In this document: positions 1 to 6,366 of the stretch, in pieces
How positions within the stretch are numbered: position 1 is the stretch's first letter
Layout of the letters: every line of letters begins with the position of its first letter
Virus record (IMG/VR): IMGVR_UViG_3300031848_000027
Coordinates: 1-30,251 of that record
From: a virus
Lineage: Duplodnaviria > Caudoviricetes
DNA length: 30,251 nucleotides
Direction: 5' to 3' (one strand)
Notes under the pieces: model-generated
The model's input: the letters and a program-made list of their open reading frames with translations, nothing else
Database searches by the model: none
What the model was told of the DNA's origin: nothing
Translations under genes and position numbers: made by a program

Positions 1-9
1 ACCCTTTTA

Positions 10-321
10 ATGGCTGAAAGCGAAAACCCAAATCACTATAAAAAAAGTATTCAGACTTACGATGCAATAGTAAGCCAACTATCCAGTTTAGAGGTAGTTG
101 GTTTCCTACGATCTCAAATTTTGAAATACACAATGAGGTTTGGTGCGAAACATGGCAGTACAACAGAAGCTTGTTTGATGGATGTAAAAAAAGCTAATTG
201 GTATTCAGCAAAACTAGAACTTCAATTGCAAGGATTAGGTAGTCCAAAACAAAAAGCACCTGACTATGTAACTAAACCTAACATCACTAATTTATTTGAT
301 AAGGATAAAGATGGAAGATAA
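10..321 (+). CDS. DUF3310 (SaV / T7 gp1.7-like) protein
   Basis: Motifs NPNHY...IQTYDAI...GFLRSQILKYTMRFGAK...DVKKANWY match the DUF3310 pattern (P.HY, KY..R.G.K, D..KA.WY). Confidence 0.75.
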   Translation: MAESENPNHYKKSIQTYDAIVSQLSSLEVVGFLRSQILKYTMRFGAKHGSTTEACLMDVKKANWYSAKLELQLQGLGSPKQKAPDYVTKPNITNLFDKDKDGR

Positions 322-610
322 TAAAGAAAACGATCATATATATTTAAGCAAGATCAAATACGATTGCTTAGATTTTATATCAACATTTATTAAACAATAT
401 AAATTCAGCCCAACTTATAAAGAGATAGCAGAGAAATTTGGATTCAGCAGAGCTAGAGCTGGTGCAATATGTGCCGAACTTTTTAAGTTAGGTTTAATCT
501 CAAAAGGTTTAGCAGCTCATCGTAAAATTAGATTATCTAAAAAACAAATTAGTCAGATACCCAATCTTAGTTTTAACAGAGAGTATTCAACAATGGAGTT
601 CAGAAGATGA
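311..610 (+). CDS. LexA-like winged-helix DNA-binding protein lacking the peptidase domain
   Basis: LDFISTFIKQYKFSPTYKEIAEKFGFS...ELFKLGLI resembles the LexA N-terminal domain (FI....G.PPT..EIA..lG......L...G.I). Start moved to ATG 311, which follows AAGGA; the track start is 296. Confidence 0.7.
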   Translation: MEDNKENDHIYLSKIKYDCLDFISTFIKQYKFSPTYKEIAEKFGFSRARAGAICAELFKLGLISKGLAAHRKIRLSKKQISQIPNLSFNREYSTMEFRR

Positions 611-792
611 GCAAGGTTATTAAAGAAAGTTTTTTTGAAGCAAGTTTTCAAACTAAAGAAGAATTTGAATCGGCAGAAATTGCTGCCAAATCAGATGTCA
701 GCGATAATGCTGAGCTTAAAGTCACAGAAATTAAATTAGAAAAATCTGTGATTAAACTTAACAATAGGACAGATCAGGATGGCAAGGAGTAA
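607..792 (+). CDS. Hypothetical protein (61 aa)
   Basis: ATGA overlap with the upstream gene; GGAG RBS-like sequence upstream. Confidence 0.65.
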   Translation: MSKVIKESFFEASFQTKEEFESAEIAAKSDVSDNAELKVTEIKLEKSVIKLNNRTDQDGKE

Positions 793-973
793 TAGTTTGT
801 TGAGAAGATATGCTAAGCTTCAAAAACTTCATGGTGAGATTATGCAAAAACCAAAAGAAAACACAGGTCAATGCGTTCATTCACTTAAAGCTTTTAAATC
901 TTATGTAAAAACTTTTCGACAAATAGTGTTAGTTGAAAATGGCGATGCTACTTTCAAGTTCACTCAGCTTTAA
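779..973 (+). CDS. Hypothetical protein (64 aa)
   Basis: Overlaps the upstream gene in the same operon; AGGA upstream. Confidence 0.6.
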   Translation: MARSNSLLRRYAKLQKLHGEIMQKPKENTGQCVHSLKAFKSYVKTFRQIVLVENGDATFKFTQL

Positions 974-1038
974 TTACTAACTAACTTAAAAGTTGTAAAA
1001 TATTACAGGCTAGGAGTCTGCCCAAAATAAGGAGAGAA

Positions 1039-1476
1039 ATGACAAGACCATATAAATCAGCGATCAAAAGTGAGCTTCAAAAAGAAATAGATATTGAGAT
1101 TGGTAAAAGATTAAGACAAGCAAGAGCTTCCAGAAAAATACAAAAATTATTATATGATAAAGCTGGAAATATTATAGATACAATTCAAGTTAATAAACCA
1201 TGTACTCAAACGCAATTAGCCAAAGTATTAGATTGCAGCTTCCAACAAATTCAAAAATTTGAGCATGGGAAAAATACTCTTTCCCTTTACAAGACATTTC
1301 AAGTGTGTTGTTTTTTTAATATGGAGATTGAGCAATTTACCAACATCTATCAATTAAGATTATATCCATCATTTAATACAGAGCTTAAAAACCTCTATAC
1401 AAAATTAGTTGGTCAATATGAGCCACCAATTAATAGTTCTAAAGATAGAGATTGCTCCCTATCATCTGAGCTTTAA
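1039..1476 (+). CDS. XRE-family helix-turn-helix transcriptional regulator (candidate repressor)
   Basis: IGKRLRQAR...TQTQLAKVLDCSFQQIQKFEHGKN matches the alphaproteobacterial XRE signature (FQQIQKYEKG.N). Strong RBS TAAGGAG. Confidence 0.85.
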   Translation: MTRPYKSAIKSELQKEIDIEIGKRLRQARASRKIQKLLYDKAGNIIDTIQVNKPCTQTQLAKVLDCSFQQIQKFEHGKNTLSLYKTFQVCCFFNMEIEQFTNIYQLRLYPSFNTELKNLYTKLVGQYEPPINSSKDRDCSLSSEL

Positions 1477-1553
1477 TAAGTGCTTATTACATCATTATTC
1501 TTTAATGGTGTAAGTGGTTGTGGGTGCTTTGTAACCATCCACTTTTGTGTATT

Positions 1554-1593
1554 AAGGAAGTAGGTTTTTTAGTCATCTCCTACTTCCTTTTTT
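1554..1593 (+). terminator. Intrinsic terminator-like hairpin after the XRE gene
   Basis: AAGGAAGTAGG (1554-1564) / CCTACTTCCTT (1579-1589) form a perfect 11-bp stem followed by a T-run. Confidence 0.65.
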
Positions 1594-1597
1594 AAAA

Positions 1598-1768
1598 ATG
1601 TTTTTTATTATATTTAAACCCAAAGATAAATTTAGAAGTTATAGCAATCAGATTTTTGCAACAGAAGCAGAAGCTCTGGATTGGGGTAAGAGATCATTTA
1701 AAAGAAAAGATATTTGGGAGGTAGTTCCCTACAACTCAGAGAACTACGAAAAGTATTGGTATAAATAA
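1598..1768 (+). CDS. Small hypothetical protein (56 aa, not in ORF track): MFFIIFKPKDKFRSYSNQIFATEAEALDWGKRSFKRKDIWEVVPYNSENYEKYWYK
   Basis: Hand-translated ATG1598-TAA1768. It fills the gap and abuts the integrase stop exactly. Protein-like composition, but no clear RBS. Confidence 0.65.
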   Translation: MFFIIFKPKDKFRSYSNQIFATEAEALDWGKRSFKRKDIWEVVPYNSENYEKYWYK

Positions 1769-2920
1769 TTAGTTATTAAACTGTTGGTTTTGCCAATCGC
1801 TTCTTCCTTTTTCCATTTCAGTATTAGCATAAGGCTTGATGTAAGTTCTTCTAACAAAATCTACACTATCATCACCAAGAGCATCAGCCAGGTCTTGAGG
1901 ATCTGTGTACTTCTTTTTCCATGCCCAGTATGTTGCCATAAAATGTCTGAAAGTATAGCACTTACGATTGATGGGTAGTTCTTCCCCAAAACTCTTTGTT
2001 GCCTTGTCTAAGTGCTTTATAAGAGTTTCTAGCCTTACATATTTACCATTTTTCTCTAGGAACAAACTATCTTGAGTTTCTGGTAATTGGTTTAGATGAT
2101 CTTGAATCTTATCTTTTAAACTAGATGAAATAACTAGATCCCTTACCTTTTTGTTTTTAGTTAAACCAAGACTCCCATTTCTTTTAACTGCATTAGAAAT
2201 TGATAAGTATGGAGAGTTAGATTTAAACCTTAGATGTGATCTATTCAAACCTCTAATCTCACTAGGCCTACAAGCAGTTTCAAGCATCAATAAAAACATT
2301 AATTTTATATCAGCTCTCTTAGTATGATTAATAAGATCAATCATTCTGTCCAATGACCAGACCTCAAAATCTAACTTATCAAACTTACGCTTTTCAATCA
2401 CAATGTCATAAAGATAATCCATATCTTTACATACATTCCTAGCCAACTTTCCTTTAGCAGCAGAAGCATCTAAGATAGCACTCAGAACATTAAACACTTT
2501 AGATAATGTCTTAGCATTAATTGCTTCCTTTTTTTCTAAAAATTTAACAAATGATTTAATGGAATCTTTGTCAATTAACCTGGCATCCTGGTTATAAAAG
2601 TATGGCAAGATATGAAAGGTAGCCATGCTATTATAATCCCTTATACAGCTCTCTGAGGGCTTGTTATAAGCTGCATTCTTCTTTATTAGACGATCATACC
2701 ATAGTTGGTGAGCTTCATCTATACTCCAATAGCTAAAGTCAGTAATTTTAAAACCATCAGTTTCAACTTTCTTTACTACAATAGGAGTAAGATTTTTTCT
2801 CTTACCCCTTGTAATAAACTTGATTTTATTATCAGCACCCTTGTACTGAAAACGATACTTAGTCTGACCTCTAACTTGTACTGGTGTGATATTATTATAT
2901 TGTAGTTTTTCTTTAGACAT
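1769..2920 (-). CDS. int: Tyrosine recombinase / phage integrase
   Basis: 383 aa with an N-terminal arm-binding-like region and core-binding helices. Catalytic motifs ETACRPSEIRGL, LTKN, YTFRH, LGD...RRTY. RBS GGGAGAG; adjacent to a tRNA-derived att core. Confidence 0.92.
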   Translation of the reverse strand: MSKEKLQYNNITPVQVRGQTKYRFQYKGADNKIKFITRGKRKNLTPIVVKKVETDGFKITDFSYWSIDEAHQLWYDRLIKKNAAYNKPSESCIRDYNSMATFHILPYFYNQDARLIDKDSIKSFVKFLEKKEAINAKTLSKVFNVLSAILDASAAKGKLARNVCKDMDYLYDIVIEKRKFDKLDFEVWSLDRMIDLINHTKRADIKLMFLLMLETACRPSEIRGLNRSHLRFKSNSPYLSISNAVKRNGSLGLTKNKKVRDLVISSSLKDKIQDHLNQLPETQDSLFLEKNGKYVRLETLIKHLDKATKSFGEELPINRKCYTFRHFMATYWAWKKKYTDPQDLADALGDDSVDFVRRTYIKPYANTEMEKGRSDWQNQQFNN

Positions 2921-2938
2921 TATGCTCTCCCTTTTGTT

Positions 2939-3235
2939 TTAATTCAGATTCAAATTCTTTCCATAATAGTTTAGCTCATTTTCTTTTTTACATTCTTCCA
3001 GCTCATCAACTGGATTAGGATATATAGGGTTAGTTTTAATTAAAACTTTAAGACCAATTTTTTCATTTATTAGACACATTAACTCCATTGCATAAGGACT
3101 TAATTTATTTGTATCTTCAACTGTAAAATAAACTTTACCATTTACATCTTTTTTTATGGTTTCAAACATACTTGCTATTTGTTTAAAACTTACTGCTGTA
3201 CTTTTGCTAATGTATATTTTTGTTTTTGCTGACAT
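2939..3235 (-). CDS. Hypothetical protein (98 aa, MSAKTKIYISK...), co-transcribed upstream of int
   Basis: True start is ATG at 3235 with AGGAGAG RBS. The 209-aa track ORF is over-extended through the att region. Confidence 0.75.
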   Translation of the reverse strand: MSAKTKIYISKSTAVSFKQIASMFETIKKDVNGKVYFTVEDTNKLSPYAMELMCLINEKIGLKVLIKTNPIYPNPVDELEECKKENELNYYGKNLNLN

Positions 3236-3275
3236 ATTCTCTCTCCTATGTTTATTGACGTTATATATTACATAA

Positions 3276-3303
3276 GTTATACCTGAGATTAAGTAGATTA
3301 CAA
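3276..3303 (-). promoter_or_regulatory. Putative sigma70 promoter for the 98-aa gene/int operon
   Basis: Minus strand TTGTAA (3303-3298), 16-nt spacer, TATAAC (3281-3276), about 40 nt upstream of ATG 3235. Confidence 0.55.
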
Positions 3304-3476
3304 CAGTCATTTGTTCATATACTGCAATCATTTTACCCTTAGTTCCAGGTGATATAAAAAAAATATGAAATTGTGAGAACCGATTCGGTATAATTTTGGT
3401 ATAACTTTTGTAATTAAAATTATTTTTTCCCTTTAAAATGAATATTATAGTCACAAAAAAAGAGCCGAAAAAAATC

Positions 3477-3505
3477 TTGCGATTCAATTCGGCTATATAT
3501 ATAAA
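3477..3505 (+). promoter_or_regulatory. Putative sigma70 promoter directed into the tRNA-Asn 5' half
   Basis: TTGCGA (3477-3482), 17-nt spacer, TATAAA (3500-3505). A-rich UP-like tract upstream; the tRNA-like sequence starts 12 nt after the -10 box. Confidence 0.6.
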
Positions 3506-3517
3506 CACTTTTAATAT

Positions 3518-3559
3518 TCCTCGGTAGCTCAGTTGGTAGAGCAGTTGACTGTTAATCAA
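3518..3559 (+). other. attP core: 5' half of tRNA-Asn(GTT), truncated (acceptor 5' strand, D-arm, anticodon arm)
   Basis: TCCTCGG-TA-GCTC-AGTTGGTA-GAGC-A-GTTGA-CTGTTAA-TCAA, anticodon GTT at 3551-3553. No T-arm (GTTCGA) or 3' acceptor follows. Lies next to the integrase. Confidence 0.88.
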
Positions 3560-3745
3560 GTTGCCCACCCTAAAAACCTACCTATACCTAGTCTTTTACA
3601 AAAAAGTATAATCACAGTATATTTTTCATATTTGTTTTCATCTCATTTACATAACTCATGTATCTAAAACGATAACACAATGTACTTTTTATACCACTAA
3701 AATTCTTTACCCACCACTACCCCTGAAAGCCAAATGACTGACAAC

Positions 3746-3761
3746 TGATCTGAAAAGATCA
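3746..3761. terminator. Short hairpin just past the end of the late operon
   Basis: TGATCT-GAAA-AGATCA perfect 6-bp stem, 11 nt past the last late gene stop; weak U-tract. Confidence 0.35.
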
Positions 3762-3772
3762 AACCGATTTTG

Positions 3773-3943
3773 TTACTTTCTTTTTGTTTTCTTAACTTTC
3801 TTAGCAGTCTTAGCTGCTCTCTTAAAATTTGCTGCTGTGGGAAAACCTTTAGCTCCAGGTCGTTTCATTGTTTCACCACTACCAGCTTTAATTCTTTTTC
3901 GCTTAGCATGAATGTTGGCATATAAACCTTTTGCTTTTGCCAT
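3773..3943 (-). CDS. Small highly basic protein (56 aa, not in track): MAKAKGLYANIHAKRKRIKAGSGETMKRPGAKGFPTAANFKRAAKTAKKVKKTKRK
   Basis: Hand translation; TAATG coupling to the upstream gene. The GLYANIHAKRKR motif is recalled from small marine phage proteins. Confidence 0.85.
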   Translation of the reverse strand: MAKAKGLYANIHAKRKRIKAGSGETMKRPGAKGFPTAANFKRAAKTAKKVKKTKRK

Positions 3944-4092
3944 TATCTTTTACCCTTTTTAAGTGCAATCTTATGAGCCTTAGTAAAACTAATACCTTTG
4001 GCCATAGATGTTTTCATATCTTTCATGTGCTTTTTTGTGTGATGCACACTATGTTTTTTTAAAGTTGTTTTCTGTCTTGCAGTTAATGCCAT
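3943..4092 (-). CDS. Small basic His-rich protein (49 aa, not in track): MALTARQKTTLKKHSVHHTKKHMKDMKTSMAKGISFTKAHKIALKKGKR
   Basis: Hand translation; AAGGA RBS; TAATG overlap with the next gene. Confidence 0.82.
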   Translation of the reverse strand: MALTARQKTTLKKHSVHHTKKHMKDMKTSMAKGISFTKAHKIALKKGKR

Positions 4093-4095
4093 AAT

Positions 4096-4272
4096 CTATT
4101 TGTCCTTTTCTATTAATTTTTTAAAGTATTCTTTTTTATCGCAAGTTATGTGGGATCTAGTTTCATCTGCAAAAGATAGGAAGTTCATATCATTCGTAAT
4201 TTCTTTGTTACAAATTCTACATTCTCCAAGTGAAATAATTTGATCTGGTTTCTTCCAGGCTTTGTTTTTCAT
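4096..4272 (-). CDS. Small putative zinc-binding protein (58 aa, not in track) with CxxC...HxxC
   Basis: MKNKAWKKPDQIISLGECRICNKEITNDMNFLSFADETRSHITCDKKEYFKKLIEKDK; TAATG coupling to the upstream gene. Confidence 0.78.
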   Translation of the reverse strand: MKNKAWKKPDQIISLGECRICNKEITNDMNFLSFADETRSHITCDKKEYFKKLIEKDK

Positions 4273-4493
4273 TATGTGGTAACCTTAGATGTTTCTTTAC
4301 AGTCAAATGTAGTAAAGGCTTCATAATGATTTACAAAATCTGGACTCATATCTTTTAATAATTTACTTGAATAATCATAAGCATAGTAAATGCAGTTATG
4401 ATAATTTTTAAATTCTACAATAGGTGTAGGTAAAGGCTTACATTGGTTGCCTGGCAAACCACTACAAATTAACATTACCAAAACAAAGTTCAT
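4272..4493 (-). CDS. Hypothetical protein with hydrophobic N-terminus and 4 Cys (73 aa)
   Basis: In operon directly after the holin; MNFVLVMLICS N-terminus. Confidence 0.7.
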   Translation of the reverse strand: MNFVLVMLICSGLPGNQCKPLPTPIVEFKNYHNCIYYAYDYSSKLLKDMSPDFVNHYEAFTTFDCKETSKVTT

Positions 4494-4853
4494 TTATTTT
4501 TTCTTCATTTTATTCATTGTAGTTACTCCAAATGATGCTCCAACAATTGTCAAAATAATGTACCAAAACATTGGGTCAGCATATTCTAAAATTTCCCAAC
4601 CTCTTTGCATTGCGTTTTGTGTGTATGGAATAAAATGACAAGCCATTAATATTGTAAAAAATAAAACTAACCATTCATCTTTTAATGAGTTTTCTTGTTG
4701 TTTGATTTGCTCTACTGAAATTGTTTTGGCAGCTTCTATTTCTGCTGCTCTTATAATTTTAGTCTTTTCTGCCTTATGTTGAAAATGGCTAGAAATTTTA
4801 TTGATCCCCATTTTTACTAAAGGATTTTTTAATAAGCTTAAAAATTGTATCAT
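4494..4853 (-). CDS. Putative holin (resembles the GTA-type 3TM holin family)
   Basis: SLKDEW followed by two TM segments, IVGASFG, and a basic C-tail KMKKK. ATGA overlap with the endolysin. Confidence 0.65.
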   Translation of the reverse strand: MIQFLSLLKNPLVKMGINKISSHFQHKAEKTKIIRAAEIEAAKTISVEQIKQQENSLKDEWLVLFFTILMACHFIPYTQNAMQRGWEILEYADPMFWYIILTIVGASFGVTTMNKMKKK

Positions 4854-5338
4854 TTTACATACCTATCTGTTGATAAATTTATTTGTTTGTATTGAGTTTT
4901 GCCATCTACTTTGATAGCCATTAAATATTCTTTTTTATTGTCACTAATTTCTGGTGAGTAACTGACATGAATCCAACCTGAGTTAGGATCTCCAGGCTTA
5001 TAATGTTCAAGTATCAATTGTTTAAACATTAGGTTTTCTTTAATCCAATCACTAACAACATTGTTGTCTATGCCATATATTTCAAAATCAGCAGCCCAAG
5101 CTTTGACATGGTCGCTGTTATCTTTACTGCCCAATTTACGATTCAAAATTATATTACGAAATCCACTGCTAACCGAAACTACTTGCTGGAAATGATCTCT
5201 AGTGGGTTGTAAAACTCTCTCACATAGCAATCTTAAATTTTCTATTTCTGCTTGTGATGGATTATTGTCTAACCCAGATCGTTCAGCCACTTGGCTTTTA
5301 GTTAATTCTGCAAGGCTAAAGTTTTTTGATAGTTTCAT
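4850..5338 (-). CDS. Endolysin, peptidase M15 (D-Ala-D-Ala carboxypeptidase-like zinc peptidase)
   Basis: LSKNFSLAELTKS...SSGFR...SDH...AADF...WIHVS; the Zn ligands H-D-H are typical of Peptidase_M15_3. Confidence 0.9.
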   Translation of the reverse strand: MKLSKNFSLAELTKSQVAERSGLDNNPSQAEIENLRLLCERVLQPTRDHFQQVVSVSSGFRNIILNRKLGSKDNSDHVKAWAADFEIYGIDNNVVSDWIKENLMFKQLILEHYKPGDPNSGWIHVSYSPEISDNKKEYLMAIKVDGKTQYKQINLSTDRYVK

Positions 5339-5350
5339 TTTTCTTTTCCT

Positions 5351-5560
5351 TTATTCTAAAATAAGTTTTAGTATAGATTTTTTACCAACATAAATTTCTG
5401 TTTCTGCTTTAGATTTAATACATTGATATTCAACATTGGCATTATAAACTCTGTTGGCTATTCTTTTACCCTTTAAACAATGTGACATGGATTCTTGTAT
5501 TCTATGTTCTTTGATCTCTCCATTTACAATCATTAATAATGCTACAACCACTTCAATCAT
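5351..5560 (-). CDS. Hypothetical protein (69 aa, hydrophobic N-terminus, two Cys)
   Basis: TAATG-coupled in the lysis region. Confidence 0.7.
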   Translation of the reverse strand: MIEVVVALLMIVNGEIKEHRIQESMSHCLKGKRIANRVYNANVEYQCIKSKAETEIYVGKKSILKLILE

Positions 5561-5925
5561 TAGTGGCTACCATTACCATTTTGTCTTACTTTATCTTTTA
5601 ATTTTTCTACATCTTCTAAAAGTTTTTCAGTTTGTTTTTTTAAAAATTCTATATTGATTTTGTTGTGCATCATATTATCAATTCTTGTTTCTAATTTTTC
5701 TGTAGACTTATATAAATCTTCTAAAAGCATAAACTGTTCACTGTCTGTAGTTGTCTGTTCAGACTTTTTTAATAAATCAGAGTTCATCAATTCTCTTGAA
5801 GTTTCTAATGAAGTAAGTCTGGCAGTAACTTCTGTGTAGGCGAACACTCCCATAATAACTACAGAAATTACCCCAATCATATTTTTGACTGGCATACTTA
5901 CTGCTGTGTTTTCTGATATTTTCAT
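5560..5925 (-). CDS. Membrane-anchored coiled-coil protein (121 aa; i-spanin-like topology)
   Basis: N-terminal TM (MIGVISVVIMGVFAY) followed by heptad-rich helices. Confidence 0.6.
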   Translation of the reverse strand: MKISENTAVSMPVKNMIGVISVVIMGVFAYTEVTARLTSLETSRELMNSDLLKKSEQTTTDSEQFMLLEDLYKSTEKLETRIDNMMHNKINIEFLKKQTEKLLEDVEKLKDKVRQNGNGSH

Positions 5926-6003
5926 TTAATAACCTATTGGTGAAACACACAAAGTAAGACCTAAAAACATTAGAATTAAAATGCCTGTAAAATAATAATT
6001 CAT
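5926..6003 (-). CDS. Small membrane peptide (25 aa, not in track): MNYYFTGILILMFLGLTLCVSPIGY
   Basis: GGAG RBS upstream; the stop abuts the next ATG; single hydrophobic helix. Confidence 0.6.
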   Translation of the reverse strand: MNYYFTGILILMFLGLTLCVSPIGY

Positions 6004-6019
6004 CTTGGCTATCTCCATA

Positions 6020-6355
6020 TTAATTACTTTTCTGTATTAAAAAATTTTTAAAATCTATTTCTAGCTGCTTGATTTTTTCTTCAAGCATTTTCATTTTGTC
6101 ATCAGTAACAATTCTATTACCTTTGTTTTTCTCTATATTTAATAATAGATGTTGTTGATTTTCACTAAGTCTTGCTATGTAACCTTTAAAATTTTTTAAA
6201 TGAGTATCGTTAATTATTAAAATTTCAGTTTTATTTTTATTAATAGTTTCAGTTAAAGATACAATGTATCTAACGCCAGTAAATGAACCCACCACAATTG
6301 ATGCTACAACTGGTATAAAAATAATATTTTTTTTGAATAATTCTGAAAAGTTCAC
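6020..6355 (-). CDS. Membrane-anchored coiled-coil protein (111 aa)
   Basis: GTG start with AAGGAG RBS; TM segment IIFIPVVASIVVGSF; C-terminal coiled coil. Confidence 0.7.
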   Translation of the reverse strand: MNFSELFKKNIIFIPVVASIVVGSFTGVRYIVSLTETINKNKTEILIINDTHLKNFKGYIARLSENQQHLLLNIEKNKGNRIVTDDKMKMLEEKIKQLEIDFKNFLIQKSN

Positions 6356-6366
6356 AGTAAAGCTCC

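Noticed and set aside
1502-1576. 24-aa minus-strand mini-ORF (MTKKPTSLIHK...) within the hairpin cluster
   Set aside because: AGGAG directly abuts the ATG with no spacer, and the region is better explained by RNA/DNA dyads.
3236-3568. N-terminal 111 aa of the 209-aa track ORF
   Set aside because: It runs antisense through the tRNA fragment, arm sites and promoters. A strong RBS and promoter support a start at 3235.
3518-3595. Complete tRNA-Asn gene
   Set aside because: The sequence diverges after the anticodon stem; there is no T-arm, 3' acceptor strand or CCA. Treated as the att core.
4464-4493. Lipoprotein (o-spanin) signal in MNFVLVMLIC
   Set aside because: The signal is too short, has no basic n-region, and MLIC is a poor lipobox.
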